NCBI GenBank assembly: GCA_003153375.1
Contig: PLYM01000217.1
Location: 7,558 to 71,557, forward strand
Source of the DNA: Planctomycetaceae bacterium
GTDB lineage: Bacteria; Planctomycetota; Planctomycetia; Pirellulales; PALSA-1355
DNA: 64,000 nucleotides
Direction: 5' to 3'
Positions 10,230 to 18,270 of the stretch are shown in pieces. Every line of letters starts with the position of its first letter. The first letter of the stretch is position 1. The notes below the pieces were generated by a model. That model was not told the origin of the DNA. It ran no database searches and saw only the letters and a program-made list of their open reading frames with translations. Both the position numbers and the translations under genes were made by a program.

Positions 10230-11035
10230 GCGATGCGCCTCGCGATGCGGTCGCCTTCGGCGCGCAGATACAGCTCGACTTCCCAACCCTCGGTGCGGAT
10301 GCGTTGATCGAGATAACAGAGAAAACGAGCCACGGTGAAATAGACCACGACCAGCCACAGCACGGCCTGAAAGGCGATCACCTGTCCACCCCAAGGCGGC
10401 TGAAAGTTGAACAAGGTCTCGAGCAGAATGCGTTGCGTTGACCATAGGGCCACGATCAACAACGGCGCCAGGCAGCCCGCGCCGATGGCCGAAAGCAGGA
10501 ACTCGCCGTTGTTGTTGCGGTGCAGGTTCGTGTTGCGCTTCAACGTCGAGATGTGTCCCTGGCGGCTGAACAGCGGGTTGCGTTCGAGCAGAATCACTTC
10601 GTTCAAATAGGGCCAGATGCCATAGGGCACGATCCACGTCATGATCGGCAAGATCAGCAGCGAACGCAGCAGCACTTGCAGCACGAAAAGTTGCGGCAGG
10701 CAGGTCCAAAACTCGCGGGCGATCTGCCTGGGCCGTGGCTTGTTGACGAACATTGCCTGGCCCAGATACAAGGTCAAGGGCGCCGTGGCCAAGGGAGCTT
10801 CGAGCATGACGAGAAACGTCGAGACCAAGATCGCGCCGGAGGTCATGTCATCGGAGAACCGGCGGCTATGGGCCAAGGACAGCAGCAGATAGTTAAGCGC
10901 GGCCAGGGGCACGATGCCCGCCAAGGCGCTGGCAGTAATGCCGGCGGCCCGGCTGCGCAGGACGTGCAGGGCCAAGTCGAGGTTGTCGAGCCACGAGCGC
11001 TCGCAGATCGCGATTTGTGCTTGATCCAATTGCAT
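10226..11035 (-). CDS. Multi-pass membrane protein of the MoxR operon
   Basis: Several hydrophobic helices, YLDQRIRTEGWEVEL conserved-type C-terminal motif. Confidence 0.82.
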   Translation of the reverse strand: MQLDQAQIAICERSWLDNLDLALHVLRSRAAGITASALAGIVPLAALNYLLLSLAHSRRFSDDMTSGAILVSTFLVMLEAPLATAPLTLYLGQAMFVNKPRPRQIAREFWTCLPQLFVLQVLLRSLLILPIMTWIVPYGIWPYLNEVILLERNPLFSRQGHISTLKRNTNLHRNNNGEFLLSAIGAGCLAPLLIVALWSTQRILLETLFNFQPPWGGQVIAFQAVLWLVVVYFTVARFLCYLDQRIRTEGWEVELYLRAEGDRIARRIA

Positions 11036-11038
11036 CGG

Positions 11039-11998
11039 TCAATCTCGGCGGAGCAGACCCAGGCCAATCACGTAGAACGCCAGGATCACGGTCGACAGCA
11101 CGGCGACGCCCGCCTTGACGGCATAGGGCAGCGCCGAGGGGGAGATAAAACCTTCGATCATCGCGGCCAGGCAGAACAGAATCACGGCCGCGCCCATCAT
11201 GGGCGAAGCTTCGATGGCAGCTTGGCGCAGTGACGCCGCGCGTGACAGTCCCCCTGTAGTCACCAGCGAAAACCCCAACCGCATGCCAGCGCCGGCCGAG
11301 AAGACGATCGCCGTCAATTCGAACGGGCCGTGCGCGGTGACAAACTGCAAAAAGTTCACCCGCTCCTCGAGCGTCAGCATGTAGCCGAACGTGGCCCCCA
11401 ATTGCATGGCGTTGAAAACGACCGTAAATAAACCGCCAATTCCGAACAACAGCCCTCCCGCGAAGCACCGCAGGCCAATGCCGGCATTGTGTTGAACATA
11501 GAAGCCCGTCATCGCCGAATCCATGCCCCCAGGGCGACCGCGGATGGGCCGAGAAAAGTTTTCGCGGTACGACTCCATCGCGGCCTGGCCGATCGCCTTG
11601 TCGGCGTACTCGCGCGAGGTATAAGCCAGGTACAGTGACAGCGCGAAGATGCCCCAGAAAATCGCGAATGCCAGCCACAACGCCCGGTCGCGCACCAACT
11701 TCCGCGGCAACTCGACGAACATCGTGCGGCCCCACTGCCGCCAGCGGAAAGTCTGGCTGCGATAGAGTTGATTGTGCGCGCGACCCACGAGTTGATGGAG
11801 ATACTCGACCGTGTCGAGCGGCAGTTGATAGGCATCGGCCAGCGCCAGGTCGGCACAGGCGCCCCGATAGAGACTGGCAAATCGCGAGACCTTGGCCCCG
11901 CCCAACGGCCGCGGGCCGCGCCTCTCCATCAGCCGGCACAAGCTTTCCAACTCGTGCCATTGCTCGCGCCGTCGTTCCAACAGCAGGGCGACTTTCAT
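11039..11998 (-). CDS. Stage II sporulation protein M (SpoIIM/DUF95) family membrane protein
   Basis: YRGACADLA, HNAGIGL, AHGPFELTAI, AAMIEGFISP. Confidence 0.9.
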   Translation of the reverse strand: MKVALLLERRREQWHELESLCRLMERRGPRPLGGAKVSRFASLYRGACADLALADAYQLPLDTVEYLHQLVGRAHNQLYRSQTFRWRQWGRTMFVELPRKLVRDRALWLAFAIFWGIFALSLYLAYTSREYADKAIGQAAMESYRENFSRPIRGRPGGMDSAMTGFYVQHNAGIGLRCFAGGLLFGIGGLFTVVFNAMQLGATFGYMLTLEERVNFLQFVTAHGPFELTAIVFSAGAGMRLGFSLVTTGGLSRAASLRQAAIEASPMMGAAVILFCLAAMIEGFISPSALPYAVKAGVAVLSTVILAFYVIGLGLLRRD

Positions 11999-12828
11999 GG
12001 GCTGGCGACCTCCACCGGCACGGCCACGGGGGCGCGCAAGGTCGGCTCGTGACCCGGGCGATCGGCGATGAAGGTCCGATAGTAGAGCGCTGAGAGCAGC
12101 AAGTCAGGGTTCGTGTCGATCGGCAGCCCCCACCGCAGGCACAATGGCTCCGCCAGGTTGCGGGCGATCTCGAAACGGCGCGGCGCCGAAAACAGCTCGC
12201 GCCGCGCGACGTAGGTCGACAGCGCATGGCTCATCGCCCGGCTGGCCACGAAGCCGACCGGCAACGTCTGGGCAAAGGCGACCACCTCGGGGCGATTCAT
12301 CATCACCAGGCCGCGGAGCTTGCTGCGTTTCTCGACGACCACGATCGTGCCGCTGGCCAGGTCGCCCAGCCGCTGGAACCGATTGTTCGCGGTCATCGTG
12401 GCCAGGGCCAACATGTAAAGCGGCACGACGCTCAATGCCAACGGCAGCGCGTCGACGTCGCGCAGCACGTTGCGCAGCACGGCTTGCAGCGCGTTGATCG
12501 GCTGGCCATCGATCGACAGCACGCGCAACCCCAGCAGCCGCTTGCCGGGCGTCTGCCCGTTCCAGAAGGTTTCGAACAACCCACCGTAGAACCACGACAG
12601 CACGAACCAGACGACCAGGAACACGCCCAGCCCGATGCCCGACAGGGAGGCCACGGACAGCACCAGGCAGCCCATGGCCAACAGGAACAGCACCGCCGCA
12701 CGGATCGCAAAATCGATCAAAAAGGCCGGCAGCCGCCGAAACGGCCCCGCCAGCACATAGGCGAACGCGATATTCTCCGGCGTGACAATCTCGATCCGCG
12801 AATCCAGTTGTCTCGGCAGTTTCGACAT
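11995..12828 (-). CDS. RDD family protein
   Basis: TPENI...AGPFRRLPAFLID...GQTPGKRLLGLRV...QRLGDLASGT. Confidence 0.92.
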   Translation of the reverse strand: MSKLPRQLDSRIEIVTPENIAFAYVLAGPFRRLPAFLIDFAIRAAVLFLLAMGCLVLSVASLSGIGLGVFLVVWFVLSWFYGGLFETFWNGQTPGKRLLGLRVLSIDGQPINALQAVLRNVLRDVDALPLALSVVPLYMLALATMTANNRFQRLGDLASGTIVVVEKRSKLRGLVMMNRPEVVAFAQTLPVGFVASRAMSHALSTYVARRELFSAPRRFEIARNLAEPLCLRWGLPIDTNPDLLLSALYYRTFIADRPGHEPTLRAPVAVPVEVASP

Positions 12829-12884
12829 GCGACCATTATTCGCGCGCGAAACAAGACCCGCAAGGCGGAGCCAACAAAGTAACA

Positions 12885-13028
12885 GGCTGAAGACTGAAGG
12901 CCGAAGGCTGAAGGCTGAAGGTCGGACCGGGGGGAGTAAGCCCTTCGCCCCGGCGACACTTAGGTGGCGAATTTGCGTTTTCTTGCTTTCGTTTTCATCC
13001 TTCATACTTCCGCCTTCATCCTTTCCCC
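12885..13028. repeat. Two opposed arrays of degenerate 7-bp tandem repeats
   Basis: GGCTGAA-type unit x6 at 12885-12926 and TTCATCC-type unit x5 at 12994-13028. Confidence 0.85.
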
Positions 13029-13090
13029 CGCCTTCCGCTCTCGGTACAGTGACGACTTCACCGACGACTTCACCCTGAATGAGGTTTCCC

Positions 13091-13822
13091 ATGCGTTTGG
13101 CGGGCAAGACGGCGGTCATCACGGGCGGGGCGACGGGCATCGGGCTGGGCATTGCCGTGGCCTTTGCCAAGGAAGGTTGCCTGGTGGCAGTCGCGGGTCG
13201 CAGTGAGGAAAAGCTCAAGGCGGCGGCCGAATCGTGGAGCGGCGAGCCCAAGCTGTTGACCCATGCGGTCGACGTGGCCGATCGAGCCAGCGTCGGGCGG
13301 CTGTTCGACTGGGCCAACAAGAGCCTGGGGCACGTTGACATTCTGGTCAACAGCGCCGGTACCAACACGGTCAAACGCTCGATGGCCGACATGCCGGGCG
13401 AAAGCTGGGATCTGGTGATGCAAGTCAACGCCACGGGGCCTTACAACTGCATCGCCGCCGTGCTACCCCAAATGCGCAGCCGCCGGGACGGCCTGATCAT
13501 CAACATCGATTCGATCGCCGGCGTGCGGGCGAGCCTGTTGGGCGGTGTTGCCTACAGCGCCTCGAAATTCGCCCTCACCGCGCTCAGCACGTCGGTCGCG
13601 CTGGAAGAAGGCAAGAACGGAATTCGCGTCACGAACATCTGTCCGGGCGAAGTCGACACGCCGCTGCTGCGGGCCCGACCCGTGCCGGTCACGGCCGAGC
13701 ACCTGGGCCGAATCTTGCAGCCCTCGGACGTCGCCGAGGCCGCGCTGATGGTCGCCTGTCTGCCGCCCCGGGCCCACGTACACGAATTGATCATCAAGCC
13801 CACGCTGCAGGATTTTTCGTAG
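13091..13822 (+). CDS. SDR family oxidoreductase
   Basis: TGGATGIG, NSAG, YSASK; RBS GAGG. Confidence 0.93.
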   Translation: MRLAGKTAVITGGATGIGLGIAVAFAKEGCLVAVAGRSEEKLKAAAESWSGEPKLLTHAVDVADRASVGRLFDWANKSLGHVDILVNSAGTNTVKRSMADMPGESWDLVMQVNATGPYNCIAAVLPQMRSRRDGLIINIDSIAGVRASLLGGVAYSASKFALTALSTSVALEEGKNGIRVTNICPGEVDTPLLRARPVPVTAEHLGRILQPSDVAEAALMVACLPPRAHVHELIIKPTLQDFS

Positions 13823-13841
13823 TCACGACCCGATTGAGGCG

Positions 13842-14177
13842 CTACGGCAGCCAACCCCGCAGGGCGTGATGCACCCCTGCGACAAAGTCCAGCAGGGCCC
13901 GTTCTTGCGCATGCGCGAGGGCCGTGAAGTTGGCATAGATCAGCAGCCCGTCGTAGCCGGCCAGCGTGTCGGGATTGAGCGATTCGAGCCGGTCGGAGTA
14001 CGTCAGCTCGATGCCGCGCTTGGTCAGCACGGGCTCGATCTGTCGGAAGCGGTCGGCGGGCCGATGGTGGCCGTTGTCGCCCAGGAATAGCACCCGAATG
14101 GGCTTGGCATCAGCGGCCGTCACCGTGGTCGCCAGAGACACCGCCAAGGCCACCGCCAGAGCAACGTACCGAAACAT
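13842..14177 (-). pseudogene. Truncated exported ThuA-like domain protein (5' fragment)
   Basis: Signal peptide plus IRVLFLGDNGHHRP...YDGLLIYAN...ALLDFVAG, then an abrupt unrelated tail and stop. Confidence 0.65.
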
Positions 14178-14205
14178 GGAGACACTTCAAAAGTTGTCAA
14201 ATTGT

Positions 14206-14221
14206 TTAGTTGCCAAACTAA
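14206..14221. promoter_or_regulatory. Palindromic operator-like site TTAGTT-N4-AACTAA
   Basis: Perfect 6-bp inverted repeat in an AT-rich patch about 30 nt upstream of the ThuA-like start. Confidence 0.45.
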
Positions 14222-14437
14222 GCCCAGCTATGGCACACTACAAGGGCCCGGCGGCTCTCCCGAGGGCGTTTCGCCCCCGCCTTTCGTCGGCGCCGAGTTC
14301 GACCAGCGTGCATATTTTCCCACGCGGAGCGATCAGGCATGCAATAAGCGGTTCACCATGGTCACCTGGGCAGTGGCGCCGCCGCAGCCGGAACTCGGCA
14401 CGCCAGCCCTTCATCCCTTTGGCAGAGGAGATTGGCG

Positions 14438-15490
14438 ATGCTTGCTTTCCTAGCGAACCGTGTTCTTCGGCTTTCGTTCCCTTCGTGTTTCGCCATGGCC
14501 GCAATGGCCACGGCTCTCGCGCTCTCGCTTTGTCGAGCCCAAGAGGAGGATCCCTTTGGTCCGGCACAGCCGTCGGCTGCCGCTAAGGAAAAGCCTGCCG
14601 ATGAATCGAAGACGATGGAGGCCGTTCCCGAGGAGGCGGGCAAGTCCGCCGAATCCCAAGGGGCGGCGGCCCGTTCGGGTTTGAAGGACGCGCCGATCGA
14701 GATCCTCTCGAACAGCGAGCGCAATATTCTGCTGGAACTCGACAAGCCGACCTCGATCGAGTTCGTCGAAGAACCCTTGGCTGACGTCGTTAATGATCTG
14801 AAGGACCAGCATGGTATCGAGATACAGCTGGATGACAGAGCCTTGGATGACGCGGGAATTCCTCGTGATACGCCGATCACGCTGCCGCGCATGAACAACC
14901 TTCCCTTGCGGTCGGTGCTCGGGTTGCTCCGTCGCAAGTACGGGGTGCATTACCTGGTTCAAGCAGACATGCTGTTGATCACGTCCAAGGATGTGGCCGA
15001 GTCCGAGGAGAACCTGGTGCGGATGGTCTATCCCGTGGGCGATCTGGTCACCGACGCAGATGACGACACGGACTACGGCAGCGTCGTCAAAGCGATTGTC
15101 ACGACGATCGACGCCAGCACTTGGCGAACCTATCCACGGCCCTCGCACATGGCGCGACCGCAGGCTAACCCAGTGGCGCCCGCGGCGCCCCAGGCAGCTC
15201 CATCCGTTGGTCCGCAAACAGAAGTGCCGCATAGCGGCACGCTGCATCAGGTTACGGGCGGTTTTGGCGGGATGGGTGGCGGAATGATGGGCACGGGAAC
15301 GGGCGGCATCGGATTGATCGCCGATTCCCCTGGGGGCGCCGCTGGCGGTCCGGGCACCGTGGTGGTCGTGGAAAGCTCCCAGAGTCTGGTCATCGCCCAA
15401 ACGCGCGAGGTCCACGAAAAGGTGCGCGATCTGCTGAAATCGCTGCGCGTCGCTCGCAAAATCGCCGACGACGCGGCCGATGACGAATAG
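14438..15490 (+). CDS. Exported STN/secretin-N-like domain protein (paralog 1)
   Basis: RBS GAGGAG, signal peptide, LDKPTSIEFVEEPLADVV...IQLD..AL..AG, RMVYPVGDL, LVIAQTREVH. Confidence 0.8.
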   Translation: MLAFLANRVLRLSFPSCFAMAAMATALALSLCRAQEEDPFGPAQPSAAAKEKPADESKTMEAVPEEAGKSAESQGAAARSGLKDAPIEILSNSERNILLELDKPTSIEFVEEPLADVVNDLKDQHGIEIQLDDRALDDAGIPRDTPITLPRMNNLPLRSVLGLLRRKYGVHYLVQADMLLITSKDVAESEENLVRMVYPVGDLVTDADDDTDYGSVVKAIVTTIDASTWRTYPRPSHMARPQANPVAPAAPQAAPSVGPQTEVPHSGTLHQVTGGFGGMGGGMMGTGTGGIGLIADSPGGAAGGPGTVVVVESSQSLVIAQTREVHEKVRDLLKSLRVARKIADDAADDE

Positions 15491-15529
15491 CAGCCTTTTC
15501 CAAGCCACCTCGGACCACGGAGACTCGCC

Positions 15530-16300
15530 ATGGATTCCCAATAGCTCTGCACGGCTGCGTCGCGCGCCAATCGCATTGCTGGTTTCTCAAGGTTGTCGGG
15601 TGCCTTGAGCTTAATTGTTGCCTTGAGTTGTCTGTTGCCGATTGGGTGGGCCCGTGCGGCCGAGCCAGACCCGCGGAGCCCCGATTCATCAATCGAGTGC
15701 TTGCCCGTTGTTTCGCCACGCGAGCAGCGAGTCTTGACGGTCCTCGATCGGAAAGTTGAATTTGATTTTCAAGAGACCCCCTTGGTTGAGTTCGTCGACG
15801 AGCTTGACGGACGGTGCGGTGTCGCTGTGAAACTCGACCGTAGGGGCATCGGCGACGCGGGTGTGGCCTCTGACACGCCAATAAACTGCCGCGTCAGGGG
15901 CACTTCTCTGCGCGTCGCCCTGAAGCAATCGCTAACCGAGATTGGTTTGCATTACTTCCTCAAGGATGGGGCCGTGGTGATCAGCAGCAAGGACGTTGCT
16001 GAGTCTGAAGACAATTTGTCGATACGCGTGTACTCAATTGGCGACATCGACGCTAATAACTACACTGGTCTCATCAATTGCATCACCGAGACCGTGTCCA
16101 AGAATTCTTGGGACGAGAACGGAGGGCCCGGAAAAATCGAGCCGGCAACCGGTTCGAAGTGTCTGATCATTGCCCAGACCGATGAAGTACATGCCAAGAT
16201 CCTGGACCTGTTGCGAGCGTTGCGCACCGCCCATAAACTGTGGCCGAGAGATGCGCGTCGTGGCGAGATGGGCAGCGCGGTGGGTCAGGGAATGATGTAG
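15530..16300 (+). CDS. Exported STN/secretin-N-like domain protein (paralog 2); in-frame TAG at codon 5 from the RBS-preceded ATG, or alternative TTG start at 15593
   Basis: LDRKVEFDFQETPLVEFV, IRVYSIGDI, SWDENGGPG, LIIAQTDEVH match paralog 1. Confidence 0.7.
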
Positions 16301-16372
16301 GCATGTTTTGTGGTCGCGCAGGGAAGGTTCACGGCTTTGTGTTCCCATTTCAGAAGTTGATCGAACCAGAAT

Positions 16373-17308
16373 ATGGCCCACGATCTGGACATCCACCCCG
16401 CGTCGCCGGATGAGTTGGTCGCCGCGCATCGCAACGTGTTCGACATCTGGAGCAAGGGACTGCCGCTCGAGGAGCACCTTCGCTATCGGCTCCATTCTCC
16501 TTCGCACTGCCGGGCGAACTGGTTCGTCGGCACGATCGACGGCCAGGTCGTCGTCTCGTTGGGTTGTTATCCCCTCGGCTTTCGTCTGCGGGGCGAAACG
16601 GTCAGCGGCATCGCCATCGGTTCGGTGTACTCGCTGCGTGAGTTTCGCGGCCGAGGATTCGCGCCTCGGCTTCTGGCGGGCGTCGAAGAGCACGCCCGGC
16701 GGACGCGGACCGCGCTCGGCGTGTTGTACTCCGACATTGGCGCCGACTATTACGCCGCGCTCGGCTATCAAGCCTGCCCTTCGTTCGAAGGCTGGTGTGC
16801 CCCCTCGGATTTGCCGCGGCCGGCAACGGCGAGCCGGCTGATGCGATTTGCCCCTGCCGAGAATCTGCCGGCCATCGCGAAGCTCTATGCCGACTATCAC
16901 GGCGCGATGCCACTATCCGTGGCGCGCGACGGGGACTATTGGCAGTCGATCCTCGAAAAGAACGCGACCGACGAGTTTTATGCGCTCTGCGAGCCGCAGG
17001 GTATCTGGCAGGGCTATGTGCGGATCGGTCGCAAGGGTGACGATTGGCGAATCACCGACCTGGCCCTGGCCAACCAGTCTGACGAGCTTGGCGAGCAGCT
17101 TTATGCGGCGCTCGGCGAGCTTGCTCGCTCAAACGGCGCGGCTCGCGTGGGCGGCTGGCTGAGCGATACCGGCGCCACCCGGAAGCTCTTCACGCTCACC
17201 CCGAGGGCAACCGAGATCACGATGATCAAGCCGCTGGCGGACGTTGGGCCGCTTGACCAGAGCCTGATCGCTGGCACCAGCCGATTTTGCGAAATCGACC
17301 ACGTGTAG
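16373..17308 (+). CDS. GNAT family N-acetyltransferase
   Basis: IGSVYSLREFRGRGFA motif A, LYSDIGADYYAALGY. Confidence 0.9.
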   Translation: MAHDLDIHPASPDELVAAHRNVFDIWSKGLPLEEHLRYRLHSPSHCRANWFVGTIDGQVVVSLGCYPLGFRLRGETVSGIAIGSVYSLREFRGRGFAPRLLAGVEEHARRTRTALGVLYSDIGADYYAALGYQACPSFEGWCAPSDLPRPATASRLMRFAPAENLPAIAKLYADYHGAMPLSVARDGDYWQSILEKNATDEFYALCEPQGIWQGYVRIGRKGDDWRITDLALANQSDELGEQLYAALGELARSNGAARVGGWLSDTGATRKLFTLTPRATEITMIKPLADVGPLDQSLIAGTSRFCEIDHV

Positions 17309-17322
17309 CGAGCTGCGCGGCC

Positions 17323-18249
17323 TCACCCAGGTTCGCCGTCGCCGAGCGGCACGGGACGGACGTCGACCGATACATCCATGCTGTGCTGGCCGCCGCCGAT
17401 GAAGATGCCTTGGATGGGACAGATGTCGCCGTAGTCGCGGCCCCAACCGATCGTCACGTGGCCCAGCGATGGAACCAGATTGTTCGTGGGGTCGAACTCG
17501 ATCCAGCCCAGCCCTGGACAATAGGCCGACAACCAGGCGTGCGAGGCATCGGCCCCCTGCATGCGCGGCTGGCCATCGGGCGGAGCGGTGACCAAATAAC
17601 CGCTCATGTAACGGGCGGGCAGACCCAACAGCCGCAGGCAGCCAATCTGCAAATGGGCAAAGTCCTGGCAGACACCGCGACGAATGTCCAACACCGTGGC
17701 CAGCGGCGTACTGATGTTCGTGGCCGTCGGATCGTAGACGAAATGCCGGTTGATGCGCGCCGTCAGGTCGAGCACCGCCACCAGCCAGGGACGTTCTGGC
17801 GGGAACGACTCGGCGGCGAATTCGGCCAATCCGGGGCAGGCCGCCACGTGCGGCGAATCGAAGAGAAACTGACGCGTGTCCAGGGCTTCGCTCGTGTTCG
17901 ATGATTTGGCGAACTCGCGCACTTGCTCCCAGGGCGGTGTGGCTTCCGGAGGAATGTACTGAGCCGATAGCACGCGCACTTCGCTTTCGGCCGTCACCAG
18001 CATCTCGTGATGGGCGTCGGGAATCGAAAAGAAGTGCACCTGATTGCCGAAGTAATCGAAGTAGTTTTCCAGCTTCGCCGGTGTCGGCTGAATGGTCAGC
18101 CGGTGCTCAAGGCACGTCTGTCGGGCCGTATTGCGCGGCGTGAGGTGGATTTCGTTCTGGCACAACGAAACCGGCTCGCCGTAGAAATAGGTGGTGGTGT
18201 GGACGACGTGATACCGCATCACGGTGCCAAGATCGAAGTTTTGCAGCAT
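17323..18249 (-). CDS. Transglutaminase-like protein (Bact_transglu_N plus core)
   Basis: RYHVVHTTTYFY, GVCQDFAH, SHAWL, EFDPTN, GRDYGD Cys-His-Asp triad; start could be 18219. Confidence 0.94.
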   Translation of the reverse strand: MLQNFDLGTVMRYHVVHTTTYFYGEPVSLCQNEIHLTPRNTARQTCLEHRLTIQPTPAKLENYFDYFGNQVHFFSIPDAHHEMLVTAESEVRVLSAQYIPPEATPPWEQVREFAKSSNTSEALDTRQFLFDSPHVAACPGLAEFAAESFPPERPWLVAVLDLTARINRHFVYDPTATNISTPLATVLDIRRGVCQDFAHLQIGCLRLLGLPARYMSGYLVTAPPDGQPRMQGADASHAWLSAYCPGLGWIEFDPTNNLVPSLGHVTIGWGRDYGDICPIQGIFIGGGQHSMDVSVDVRPVPLGDGEPG

Positions 18250-18270
18250 AGGATTTCACGGCAGGCCAGG

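Noticed and set aside
12885-13074. CRISPR array
   Set aside because: Units are 7-12 bp tandem repeats without spacers, and no cas genes are present
7224-13434. Extended N-termini in the ORF track (8498, 10709, 13434; also 22228, 52828, 59436)
   Set aside because: They overlap neighbouring genes; internal starts that match family N-termini were used instead
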